DNA of 62,500 nucleotides, the filler included, from Sphacelaria rigidula (lineage: Eukaryota), in the NCBI GenBank assembly GCA_964200075.2. It is 9 parts of 9 records of this genome, joined end to end, with 100 filler letters (N's around TTAATTAATTAA, not from the genome) between each part and the next. Parts side by side here need not be neighbours in the genome. Positions count along the whole stretch, not along the records: positions 6,957 to 13,812 come from CAXNAA020017743.1; positions 13,913 to 20,768 come from CAXNAA020017744.1; positions 20,869 to 27,724 come from CAXNAA020017745.1; 6 more parts are not named here. One strand, given 5' to 3'. A program made the position numbers and the translations under genes. The notes under the pieces are model-generated. The model saw nothing but the letters and a program-made list of their open reading frames with translations, did not search any database and was not told the DNA's origin. Below, piece by piece: positions 11,750-22,240 of this stretch (its first letter is position 1; each line of letters starts with the position of its first letter).

Positions 11750-12580
11750 CCCGAAGAGCTATCTCAAGCCGCTTCTCGCGGACAACGATACAACAGCAAG
11801 ACTAGAGTGGACGTTGCGGTGGGTGCGAGAGACCGCTACCGGCATGGCGTTTGACGAAATGAATCGAGTCGTCATGGTGGACTAGAGGTGGTTTTACAAG
11901 TACCAACAAGGGCAGAAGTACTACGTGTGCGAAGATGAAGAACTGCCTGTGGCGAAGGTGCAGCACAAGTCACACATTCAGAAGGTGGTGTTTCCCGCAG
12001 CAGTCGCACGAACGCGCCACCATACCTCGAGAAGTTGTTACTTCAGTGGCAAGATCGAGATCTTCCCCTTCACGCGACGTGTTCGGGCTCAACGTGACAT
12101 CAGGCACAGGCCCGTTGGCCATATAGAGACGAAGACGGTGGAGGTGACGAAGGAGGTGTAACGGAGGAAGATGCTGGACGAGGTGTTTCCTGCTATCAAA
12201 CGCGAGTGGCCAGGACCGCCGGGGAGCATTCTGGTGCAGCAGGACAACGCCCCGGCCCATCGCATCAACAACGACCTGGACATCGTTGCGGCGGGAACCG
12301 CGAACGGCTGGCACATCAAGCTGATCAACCAGCCGCCTAACAGCCCCGGCACCAACATCCTTGACCAAGGCTTCTACAACCCCATCCGGTCGCTGCAGGA
12401 TTGCACAACGTTGGACACAGTGGACGACCTAGTCAACGAGGTGCAGAGAATTTTCGACGAGCAAGCGCCGGCTGTTATTGGAAGGGTGTGGACAACGTAG
12501 CAGGCCGTCCTGCACGAGATCATGCTGGCGAAGGGGGACAACACCTTTAAGATTCCCCATCTACACATGCAAGCAAACGG
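11750..12580 (+). pseudogene. Mariner-like DD39D transposase, 5'-truncated pseudogene
   Basis: One frame reads LKPLL..VMVD*RWFY..KSHIQKVVFPAAVAR..GKIEIFPF..QQDNAPAH..QPPNSPGTNILDQGFY..GDNTFKIPH. 39 residues separate the D of QDNA from the D of NILD. In-frame stops at ~11883, 12159 and 12498. Confidence 0.92.
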
Positions 12581-13224
12581 CGGAGCGGCATGGAGAGTCA
12601 ATCGGGATGGCCTTGCCTGTCAGCGTCGAGGCATGGGCTGCGGCTCAGACGGCTTGAGTTCGTACAGCGATGGTAGCCATAGGAGTAGTGAAACGTTGCA
12701 CTTGTAGAGGCATTGTCTTCATGTTTTGCCACCGCTGGCCATAGTCTACGGGTAGTCAAGCGCTGGAGATGGTACTGCTGCTGTATGCTAGGTGGGTGAC
12801 TGCTGTACGAGGCATCGTCGCTGGGTTTGGGGAGTAGCGAGTGACGGAAAGAAGGAGCGTTTGATCACAGTTTCCGCGAAAATGATGGTATTTTCCGCAA
12901 AAATTTGGAAACCCCGGGGATGCAATGTAATCATCCCCTACCCCCCAGCGGATGAACATGGACAATCCCCCTATCACTTTTGCATCGTTTTCGGGGTATT
13001 TTTACGTCGCACACCCGATCTATGGGCAGAATCACGAAACATCCTTTATATTTCGGAACATATTGGTATGTAACAGTAGCACAGTGCGGACCGTACACCA
13101 CGACACAACAGCAAAGCGCTGTCTCTCTCACGCGCCCCAGAATTCGAAATTATGCCCACACGCGTTCTAGAAAACAATAAACTCTGCTTTCCGGATTTTT
13201 ATATCGTCTATCGTACAAGAACGG

Positions 13225-13225
<1 letters not shown>

Positions 13226-13272
<47 letters not shown>

Positions 13273-13275
13273 GCT
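13226..13275. repeat. (GTT)n microsatellite
   Basis: Pure ttg/gtt run. Confidence 0.95.
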
Positions 13276-14151
13276 ATTGTCTTCACGTTAACCCTTTTGG
13301 GACTGAAGCTCACTAACACCACGTCCACGACATATTAGTAAAAGTATAATAAACAAGTCTGGGAGCGTCCTGTCCAATCAGGGCGAGGCGGAATTCATCG
13401 ACCACATCAGAACGACCAGTGGGGGGGGGGTATTGCCGGGAGTGGTGTCACTGCAAAGTTGGTGTACCCTGTCCCTGGCCCACAGAAAAGCCTTCGAAGC
13501 AGCAAAAAAAAGCCTACGTTTTCGGGGCTCGGATTCCCAAATTTTTCATCATTTACTTGCATTTTATGTAGGCCCGACCTTCCATCCCCCGAACTTTTGT
13601 TGGGTCACCATCCTATCGTAAACCCTAGTTGATAGCACTAACATGTGATGCTCGGGGGAAATTCGGGAATAAATGTACCCTACATAAAATACTATATATG
13701 TGGTCATGTTCACAAGGCGACTGAATTTGGCAACGCTGTGGGACGAGAGACGGAGCTAGAGGCATAAGTTCTGCGTATCCCTCTGTCGAAGCGGTACAAG
13801 CGGCGGTGAGATNNNNNNNNNNNNNNNNNNNNNNNNNNNNNNNNNNNNNNNNNNNNTTAATTAATTAANNNNNNNNNNNNNNNNNNNNNNNNNNNNNNNN
13901 NNNNNNNNNNNNTCTCCCACGCCGCACAACATGATCAAGCTCGACTATCATAATGGTTACCGCAAAAAAAAAACGCAAGCGCGCAAAAAACCCCGGTAAT
14001 TTGGTTGCCTGTAGCTCACGCAGTGAGTGGTGTATTTCGATAACGTCATCGCCAACCGACGCCAACCCCATCGGGAGGGGGAGCGGGGGGGCTGACAATT
14101 CTGATGAATAATTAAATCGACCGAGTGACATCAGACGAGATCAAGCCTCAC

Positions 14152-14384
14152 CTTGAACCGCGCTGCATGCCCTCTACAGTCGAACTCCGTCTGGGGGGGA
14201 ACGAACGGCCCGACCTCCGGCGTGTTATTGATGGCGTCGATGACTTGCCAAAGTATATAAAATACCGTAGACACAGCCAGGTCAAACATCAAAGCCACGT
14301 CTAAGTACGACGCCTTCGCCAGGATGCGCGACGCCACTGCCAATCGCACACATTTCGAAGCGGCGGCGTTGATCGTCCGCAGTT
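14152..14384 (-). CDS. PIF/Harbinger-type transposase, exon 2 (HTH-like region before the DDE domain)
   Basis: ccttgcAG acceptor and aag|GTGAGG donor. Reads ELRTINAAASKCVRLAVASRILAKASYLDVALMFDLAVSTVFYILWQVIDAINN, matching the Harbinger pattern RLA..LR.LA.GSY.D....F....STV....V..AI. In phase with exon 1. Confidence 0.8.
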
Positions 14385-14849
14385 CTGCAAGGGACGGGAT
14401 AGCGACAGGAGGACAATTGCAGGGTCTGCACGCAAGTTGTGGGAAGGCTTTTTTCTGAAGCTGTGAAGTGGCTGGTGCGACCAGTTAAGTTTAAACTGGC
14501 CGCGCCGGCGCGGCCAGTACATGGATGTTTTTGCACCTGTTGAAATGTAGAGAGTTGTTGAAAATGTGACCCTTTACATTGGGGAGCTAAAAGTCTTGGA
14601 TGACATTCAAATACCATTCAAAGCGGTGAGCGATTCGAAAACCATTCATCCGAAAGATGCAGCAGAAGAATTTCCATGAAAAGGAGGATTCGAACAAGCC
14701 AAGGCTGGCAGCACGCGGGGGTGAGGTATGCTAAATATTCAAAAGATATATATTTCCTTTCGGGGGGGAGAGGTTCGGGCGCTCTCGTTACAAATGGTCG
14801 TAACCATACACCTAAACGCCCTGAACCAGTGAAATAAAGAGGAACAAAA

Positions 14850-15005
14850 CTGGCTCGTGTATTTTCGTTCATGATGCCGTAGCGAGGTCCCACACGGAAT
14901 TTCATTACACAAATACCAAACGTGGGCCGGTAAATGGCCCGCAAAAACCTGTTCCGAAGTTGTACCGACCCGGTTTTCAAACGGCCCATTCGCAATGTAA
15001 TACTT
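14850..15005 (+). repeat. Dispersed repeat, also at ~42355-42510 in reverse orientation
   Basis: catgatgcc.tagcgaggtccca...accaaacgtgg.ccggta..tggcccgcaa.a.cct.ttccgaa.tt.taccgaccc is shared between the two contigs. Confidence 0.75.
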
Positions 15006-16548
15006 AGAGTTGGACCCTAAAAAATGGCATGGACAAGCAACAGGCACGGTAAAAAAGGTTACGCACGGACCCAAGGAGTTTGTTTCATGAGTTACGCCAA
15101 TAATCAGTTTTAAGGTTTTGGGAAAAAACCGTTAAATCATGAAAAAAAAATGGGTCTATGCAAGGACCTGTCAATAATATATTTCGGGGCACGTAGGCCC
15201 CAAGATCGAAAATCCGAGTTTTGGAGGGGAGAGGGGGGGGGGAAGGGAGGGGACACCCAGCCTGCTGTCTCCTAGTGGAATGCCGAGGCGTTGGCGGATG
15301 CGGTCAGCTGCCGTGTACAGAGATCCTTGCCATGGAGACCCTGAGATGACGGACACACCGCCCGTTCAAGCTCATCGCCTACCATGATCATATTCATGGG
15401 ATCATGCTCCGTGTCGTGTGCCTCGACTACCCACCATCAGCAGTCCGGGCAAATTTGGCGAGGCGGGAGATACTGTTGCCACTTCGGCTACAGGCTGTCG
15501 CTACCGTGCGTTCGTGTATTGTACACAGATATGTGTAAGCGTTGACGGCATCCTAGGATATCAGGACAGGGCGGGCAAGGAGCAGAAGCAAATATACGAA
15601 CCTCGCAAAGCCCGCCAAAAGTTTCGATGTTGGTAGAGTTTGTTGATCAATTTCTTTCAACAATATCAACAAGAAAAACACAGAAATCACAAAAAATAAA
15701 ACACAAAAAGAACACAAAAATCGTAACAACTTTCGAAACATTGCTCTCCGGGGGGGGGGAGGGGGCTCCGTGTCCGATTTTTTTTTTTACAAACCCTTGG
15801 TCCATGCATGATTTTTTTTAATTCACTACTCGTATTGAATGTCCACACCAAAGATTAGGGGCCAACTCTGAGTATGAAATTGCGAATGGACCTTTGTTGT
15901 TGGACTATTTCAGTGTGTCATCGCTCTCCACTGAAAACAATTTACTGCATGCTGCTGATGTCTCTGCTTCGTGTTCAACAGCACTACAGACAGAACCAGA
16001 CCGCCGAATTCCTCGAATGGGGTACTGTACGGTAGCTGCATGCACAGGACGTGTGCTCAAGCAAGAGAAAAAAAGTTGCCTGTTAGGAACGCTAGAGCAT
16101 CCACTCTGAATCCGATATTACGCTCTGAATCTCATATGAATCTCATATGTTGTTCAGTGTGAAGCTATGCTGGCAACACATGAGGCGTCAGACAGGCGGC
16201 ACAGGCCTCGAGAAGGGTACAAGAAAAAGTTATTTGTTTTCATGTAATCTATGGTTGAATTGCCAAGGCGAAAATGAGAAATCCCTTTAGACAGCGAGGG
16301 AGCCCACCTGTAGGGGAACTACGTGCTCATTTTGACGGCCCTGATTGGTCAGAATGATCATTCGCGCCCCTCGAACCCCGTTTTTGGATTAGAAAAGACA
16401 CGTCCAACAAAACGCCATCATGGCAATTTCATATCGAAAACATAGCACCGCGTGCCGACTACAATTATTCCCTACAGAGCGGAACACAACAACAACAGAG
16501 TAGGGCAGACAACCCCGGCGGAGAGTATATTTTTTGGCGATTGTCAGC

Positions 16549-16957
16549 ACAGCACAAAACACACTAACAGGTACAGCCCGTGTGATGTGTTCGTGCTGGG
16601 GTACTCGTACAGTCAACTGTTACATACAATCAGCACTCCCATCTACAGAAGTTCCAAAAATTCAAATTTCATGAGACAGTACTACTGCCTACGATCAAAG
16701 GTTACCCCGGCAAAGGCTACACCGTGTTTGCAAGGCCCAATCACGTGTTTTTTTTCGCAATATGTTAACACAGCATAAAACACACGAACAGGTACAGCCC
16801 ACGTGGCCTGTTGGTGTGTCCCTGGTGGGGTACTCGTACAGTCAACCGTTACATACAGACATGTACAGAAATTCAAAAATTCAAATTCCATGAGACAGCA
16901 CTGCCTACGATCAAATGCAACCCCGGCAAAGACTACACCGCCTTTGCAAGGGCCAAG
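16549..16957 (+). repeat. ~220-bp tandem duplication inside the Harbinger intron
   Basis: acagca.aaaacacac.aacaggtacagccc...catgagacag...ctgcctacgatcaaa...gcaagg.cca at ~16549-16740 and ~16769-16957. Confidence 0.85.
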
Positions 16958-17074
16958 CACACTCCAGTACCGTCATAGGCACAGCATATGCGAGAAGGCG
17001 TGACTGTGCTTATGCGACAAAGCATATCAACTTTCTGCATGCCGCTGGAACAGCAAAGCACATGCAGCACTCAC

Positions 17075-17411
17075 CAGCGTGGTGCTGGCTGACACAGAGA
17101 AGCGGAGCCAGCAGGCCCGCGAGTTCCTGGAACGTGTCCTTCGGCATACGGTACATCCGCTTGAAGCAGCCGCGCTCTTCCAGATCCTGCACGTGTTTAT
17201 CCCAGTCGAGACGCCGGGGCTCATATATTGGCTTCCTTATTTCAGGACGGTGCATGGTGTGAGCGACACCCGACGACACCGCGGCCACGGCAATGACAGC
17301 TGCCATGATGCCTCTCATCACGGACGCCGGGGTCAAGTCCTCGTTGACCCGCCTTCGACGACCTGAGGACGCCAATGCCGGTAACCCACGGCGCTTCCTA
17401 CCCTCTGACAT
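17075..17411 (-). CDS. PIF/Harbinger-type transposase, exon 1
   Basis: ATG at 17411, open for 112 codons + 1 nt to g|GTGAGT. Contains CFKRMYRMPKDTFQELAGLLAPLL, the F...YRM...F..L...L.P.L motif of Harbinger transposase N-termini. Confidence 0.8.
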
Positions 17412-20400
17412 GGCCCAAGGTGTCACTGGCAAGGCTACTCACGATTCTTGTACGCGTGCGGGCGTCACGGCGTGCGCCAAGGGCAGCTCTGCAGAGTATT
17501 GTGCTGGGGTGCGAAGAATCGAACTTTCGCCAAACGTGAAGACTTGGCGAAAAAAATCTCGCCGCTTCATTTTGGGAGAAGGTGCGAAAAAAAGTGCGAA
17601 AACGCCTAAAATTAGGACGATCTCCCCAACAAACTGTGTCGATAATAAAAGCCCTAATAGCGCTATGATAGCTCTTGCGCATGTACTCTCTACAAGGTGC
17701 TGTTTGTTTCATGGTCATATGTTCGGTATCGAAAGGCGGCCGCTCTTGTGTGCCACAAACGTTCCTCATGTTGGAGTCGTTGGGCGTTCGTGGACACAGG
17801 ACCCACACATGGGGATGATCTTGTAGTGAAAATACTTATTTGCGCGAATCGCGATGATGGCCGAGCGTTCAAGATCGGCACCCGGCGAACACTGAGGACC
17901 CGTTTAAAATCAGGCGAAGAACTCAAGCGTTGGACATGTCTGTTTCGCTGTACTGCAGCACAAACACACTCACGTCCGCTTTCATGTGTTGCAGCTATCG
18001 CCGTATTGTGGTGTGTTTAGACCTTGCAAAGACGGTTTGGTCTCTGCTGGGATTGCCGGAGCTGCTTTATTTTTGTTTCCGTTGCTCTTTGCCCCAGTTG
18101 GGACCGGGCCACCAGAACGACCAATGAGGCTGGTTGGGAATGACGTGCCCGGCGTATGCACGAAACAGGGGTGTGTTGCTGAAAATTCGGTTATGTAACC
18201 GCACGGTTGTGGAAGACCGAAAGTTTCATCCAATCTATTTTCAGGTGCAGGGTGTGCATTATTAGGTGGTTTATATCTGATGTAGCAAGCAGTATGGGTC
18301 GCGGTAGAGAGCTTCCAACAGGATACGGCGACCGGCGGACCGCCCGCCACTTGTGGCTTTGGATTATATTATTATCCCCGTCATCTTGCCACACAGCCCT
18401 TTGTGGTCGGGTTGGGCCGCCATTTCCCTCTTTGTTGCATGCAGCAGGGTATCAGCGTTGTGGCGCGTATACATACAGTAAAACACAGTACAGTGCAGTA
18501 CGCCTCGCCGATTGTAGCAGCAGCAGCTGTCGCTGCATACTCTCTTGCACGTTCCGGGCAATTCTCAGCCACCGACATCAAGTGCCTACATACCGCTTCA
18601 TCATTCCCACCCACTACATACATGTTAACTGCACACTGCAAGTAATCGGCAGGGAGATGATCAGAATTCATGACGGTAGCTCCTGTTGTCTTTCCACCGC
18701 CCACCTGGGTTCAGTGCCCCGTGAAGATGACCACTTTGTAGCACGCACACTCGGCGGCATTTTCCACACCACCCTGTGTTGGTGTAATTACTTCGTTTTA
18801 GCATAGAATTGCGATCCAACCCCCCCCGCCGGAAAATCTCGGGAACGCTGTACTGAATGCAAGTAATACCATCACACCAAGCTATGACCACCCTGCTTTT
18901 GGAAACCTGGGGAGGCTTATCTGGGCCAGGGATAGGGCCCCCACATGATCTTTGCAGTGGCATGACACTCGAGAACAATGCCCGCGCTGATCGTTCGGGT
19001 CTGGTCGATACAAATCTGCTCGCCGTGATTGGGCAGGTCGCTCCCTGCTTATTTTTTTATTATTTCACCAACACAGGGTCAGTCCTGTGTTAGTGGGGGG
19101 TCGGTCCCAAAAGCGTTAAAAGATGGTACCAGTCGGGACACGGTGCTCTCTACACACACCCGGCAGTCGAAAACTTCGTGTTACCCAGACCCATTTGCGC
19201 GATACCGAAAATGGCTGGAAAAAGACACACCACCAGCGCAGGTATACACCTCTCCACCGGCTGGTCAGACCCCGTGTTGCAATTCAACGAGAAACCCCGC
19301 AGCATAGTGCGAATACACTGCACCCCCAAGATACTATTTGCACCCGTCAGCATGACGACCGCTGCCGCTGGCATCTGCGCCAGCGCTCGCGGCGACGAAA
19401 AGACACAACCAGCCATACTTTTCGGTTGATTGATTGATTGTCGCTCACTGACCCCCCAGGGGTCCAGCCGTGGTCCCATGATGGACGTACCCAATAACAA
19501 AAGAACTGAAACACGCTCTGAAGAAAAGAAGGAACAGAAAGAAAAAAAGTCGAACATAACGACATAGCAGACTAAGTCGCAACAAAAACAAAGTAAGGAA
19601 AAAATGTCAACACAAGCAAAGCACAGAAGGACATCTATGATGAGGATATACCGATACGTGAGCATCGCGATGACGGCCTGCGGCGGCAATGTACCACTCA
19701 TTATCTGCTCGCCTGCTCGCCTGCTTGTCTGCTAGCAGGTTCGTTTCTCTGCTGTTGTTTTATCCGTCCTGACGCTACTATTCGCTCCTGTACTGCAGTA
19801 CGTACACTACAGGTGTGACTCGAGTGTGCGAGCCAATCACAAGCACTCTTCGCTTCATAACTTCACTACGAAGGTCACATTTTATTCGCGCTAGATTCCG
19901 CCGATTCCTCACTGAAGGGCTTCTGAGTGGTTGAATTTCACATTTCACTCCAAAAAATCTACCCCCATGTATTGGCGTTGTGGCAATTCGTGGGTGTGTT
20001 GCAGCCGTCAAACTTCGAACATGGTCATCACTCAATTGTGACTGTTTCACAGACGATTTTTCACCTTAACTAGAGAGTTGTGAAGCACGGTAGGCTTCGG
20101 ATAAGAAGCAGGTCATGTTCAAGTCATATTCCTCAATTTTGTGTTGTCGGACCGATACAGAATATAACCCCGTTTATCGAGGGGGTGGGTGGTATTGACC
20201 GCACTTGGCCGAAAAACACTTTTATCGAGAGGGTGGGTGTGATTGACAGCATATGGCCAAAAAACACGTTTTTCAGCCGTATCGCGATGAATACTGAAAT
20301 AAAAAATGAACCTTAACCCTTTGACCGCGAGAGTAGGTCACCTGCTGAATCGGCATCACTTTCACTTGAAAAAGTATGCGTGATCCAGATGGACTACCCG

Positions 20401-20416
20401 CATCGCAGTTTCAAAG

Positions 20417-20636
20417 CTAACCCTTTTGGGACCGGACTCCCCACAACGATATGTTTGTGACACTTTTCCCCAACAACTCGTGTGTTGGTGGCAGGTGCCC
20501 ATTTGTGTTGTTTTTTATTCAAAATGATGCCGACTGACCATAAGGCCCCTGCGGCATCATCTTGACTTGAAAACAACACAAATGAACACCTGCCGCAAAG
20601 AGACGATCGTTGGGTGTAGGGTCCCAAACTGGTTAA
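20417..20636. mobile_element. piggyBac-like MITE, flanked by ends of two other TTAA-CCCT families (20313, 20633)
   Basis: ctaa-cccttttgggacc ... gtcccaaactgg-ttaa are imperfect TIRs next to TTAA-type sites; the same head occurs at ~13289. Confidence 0.55.
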
Positions 20637-21332
20637 CCCTTAGACAGCGAGCGTCGCCTCGGAACAGTTGTACAGGCGGACAGTCCCGAGACCTCCGGTG
20701 ATTTCCAGTGCTCGGGGGGGGGGGGGGGGGGTGGACGGTGGTTGCTTGTTGTTTGAAGTTGGACATGGNNNNNNNNNNNNNNNNNNNNNNNNNNNNNNNN
20801 NNNNNNNNNNNNTTAATTAATTAANNNNNNNNNNNNNNNNNNNNNNNNNNNNNNNNNNNNNNNNNNNNTATTTTGATGTAGGATATAGTTTGAGGGTGTG
20901 TCGTGTTTTGGAAGAAAAAAAAAAGGCGGAGGGGGGGGGTTGTTTGAAGCTACTGTACCCCTCTGCTGCAGCATTTGTGTACGTCACTCCCTTTTCTCCC
21001 GTTTACTTAGAGCGAGATCACTCGATAGATAAGAGCTAGGTACTGCTTTCTCTAAGAGGTTGTTTGTTGTTGCTCCACCACACAAACACGCACGCAGGCC
21101 CACCGTCTATGTGTGTGCGGGGAGAGAAGGATGTGCAATATATCTATACTGTTGCCGTCATGAAACGAGAGTGGACGAGCTTGCTCGGCATGGCTTTGCA
21201 GATAGTTGCCTGAATAGGGTTTCCCCGAGAAGACTCCGGCCTCTTCGATGTAGGCACATACGTGTACGTGCGGGACGATGCGAGAACACTTCCGGCTCGG
21301 CTCTCACTGGAGACGACCCAAAGTCTTGGGCG

Positions 21333-21585
21333 CAGATATATGACTGATTTTCTCGAACAAACTAACCCTAACCCTAACCCTAACCCCGACCCAAGGCGTA
21401 CGAGACCCTCGGGCAAGGGGGGTACATAGGTTCGTACCCCTAGGCAAAGTGTGCGTTGGCAGACCTCAAATCGACGCCGCAGGCGCCGATTTCGACCAAA
21501 ACACGTTCTGTACGAGCTGGGTCCACTGCTCACCTACCCCAAACCGTAGCTTTCTCAAGACTTTGTCGAGTCAATCATAGATACA
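21333..21585 (+). mobile_element. MITE-like repeat carrying (TAACCC)n telomere-type motifs, copy 1
   Basis: ctaaccctaaccctaaccctaacccc followed by accctcgggcaag...aggcaaagtgtgcgttg.cagacctcaaa, shared with 25427-25728. Confidence 0.6.
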
Positions 21586-22139
21586 CGCCCGAAGCTTAAG
21601 ATCTACTGTCGCACTGTGGGACTGCTGTCCGACAGTTGGTGTGCAGCTGGCCTCTTTCGTCAACGAATGTTAATGAGGAAGCTGCATTTTATTTGTCAAC
21701 CCTGCGTGACGATCTTCTGATGAGATCGAATCATCCTTCGCGGAGCTACGTCAACGCCCACCTGTCGACAGTCTATAGTCGGCCTGTCAAAACAAAAACA
21801 ATTACTTGAACATGGTTGAATGCTATCGCTTGCTCAACAAATATGTCAACCGTTGTTTTGAAATGGTTTTGGGAGGAAAACTGACCCCTTCCAAAGATCA
21901 TCCACACTGCGGGCACAATCTGTTCTTTCTGCCCACTCTCGGGTTGTTTTGCCTCCTATTTCTCACTTCTACTCCCCCTTCCCCCCCCCCTCTTTCCTCG
22001 CGACGCGTCCGTGTCCTCAAGGGTTTAACCCATTCCTCCCAAAGGCTCTGATTCGTCAGCGATGCTAGATTCTATAGCTATATTGAATCTCAGCTTGTCT
22101 TCGTGACAGGAGACTGTCCTTCCCCCACCCGCCACGAGT

Positions 22140-22240
22140 CTGTTCCGGCGAGAACCCGGCGTGCGCCCTCCCGTATTTGTAGAGATGCGAGATCAATGGT
22201 CATATGACTATGGCATGCAAGATCATGAGTACCCCCCCCC
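22140..22240 (-). repeat. Dispersed ~100-160 bp repeat family (also 30797-30950 +, 39545-39640 -, 40450-40545 +, 55660-55713 +)
   Basis: Core gtactcatgatc.tgcatgccatagtcat...ttgacctcgcatc..tacaaa.c.ggacg.agcacgcc.ggtt.tcgccg recurs across contigs, usually beside a poly-G/C tract; the 55660 copy keeps only the downstream part (gagtcgcatgaagggtga). Confidence 0.75.

Noticed and set aside
21362..21387. True telomere
   Set aside because: Only about four units, internal, and part of a dispersed repeat.
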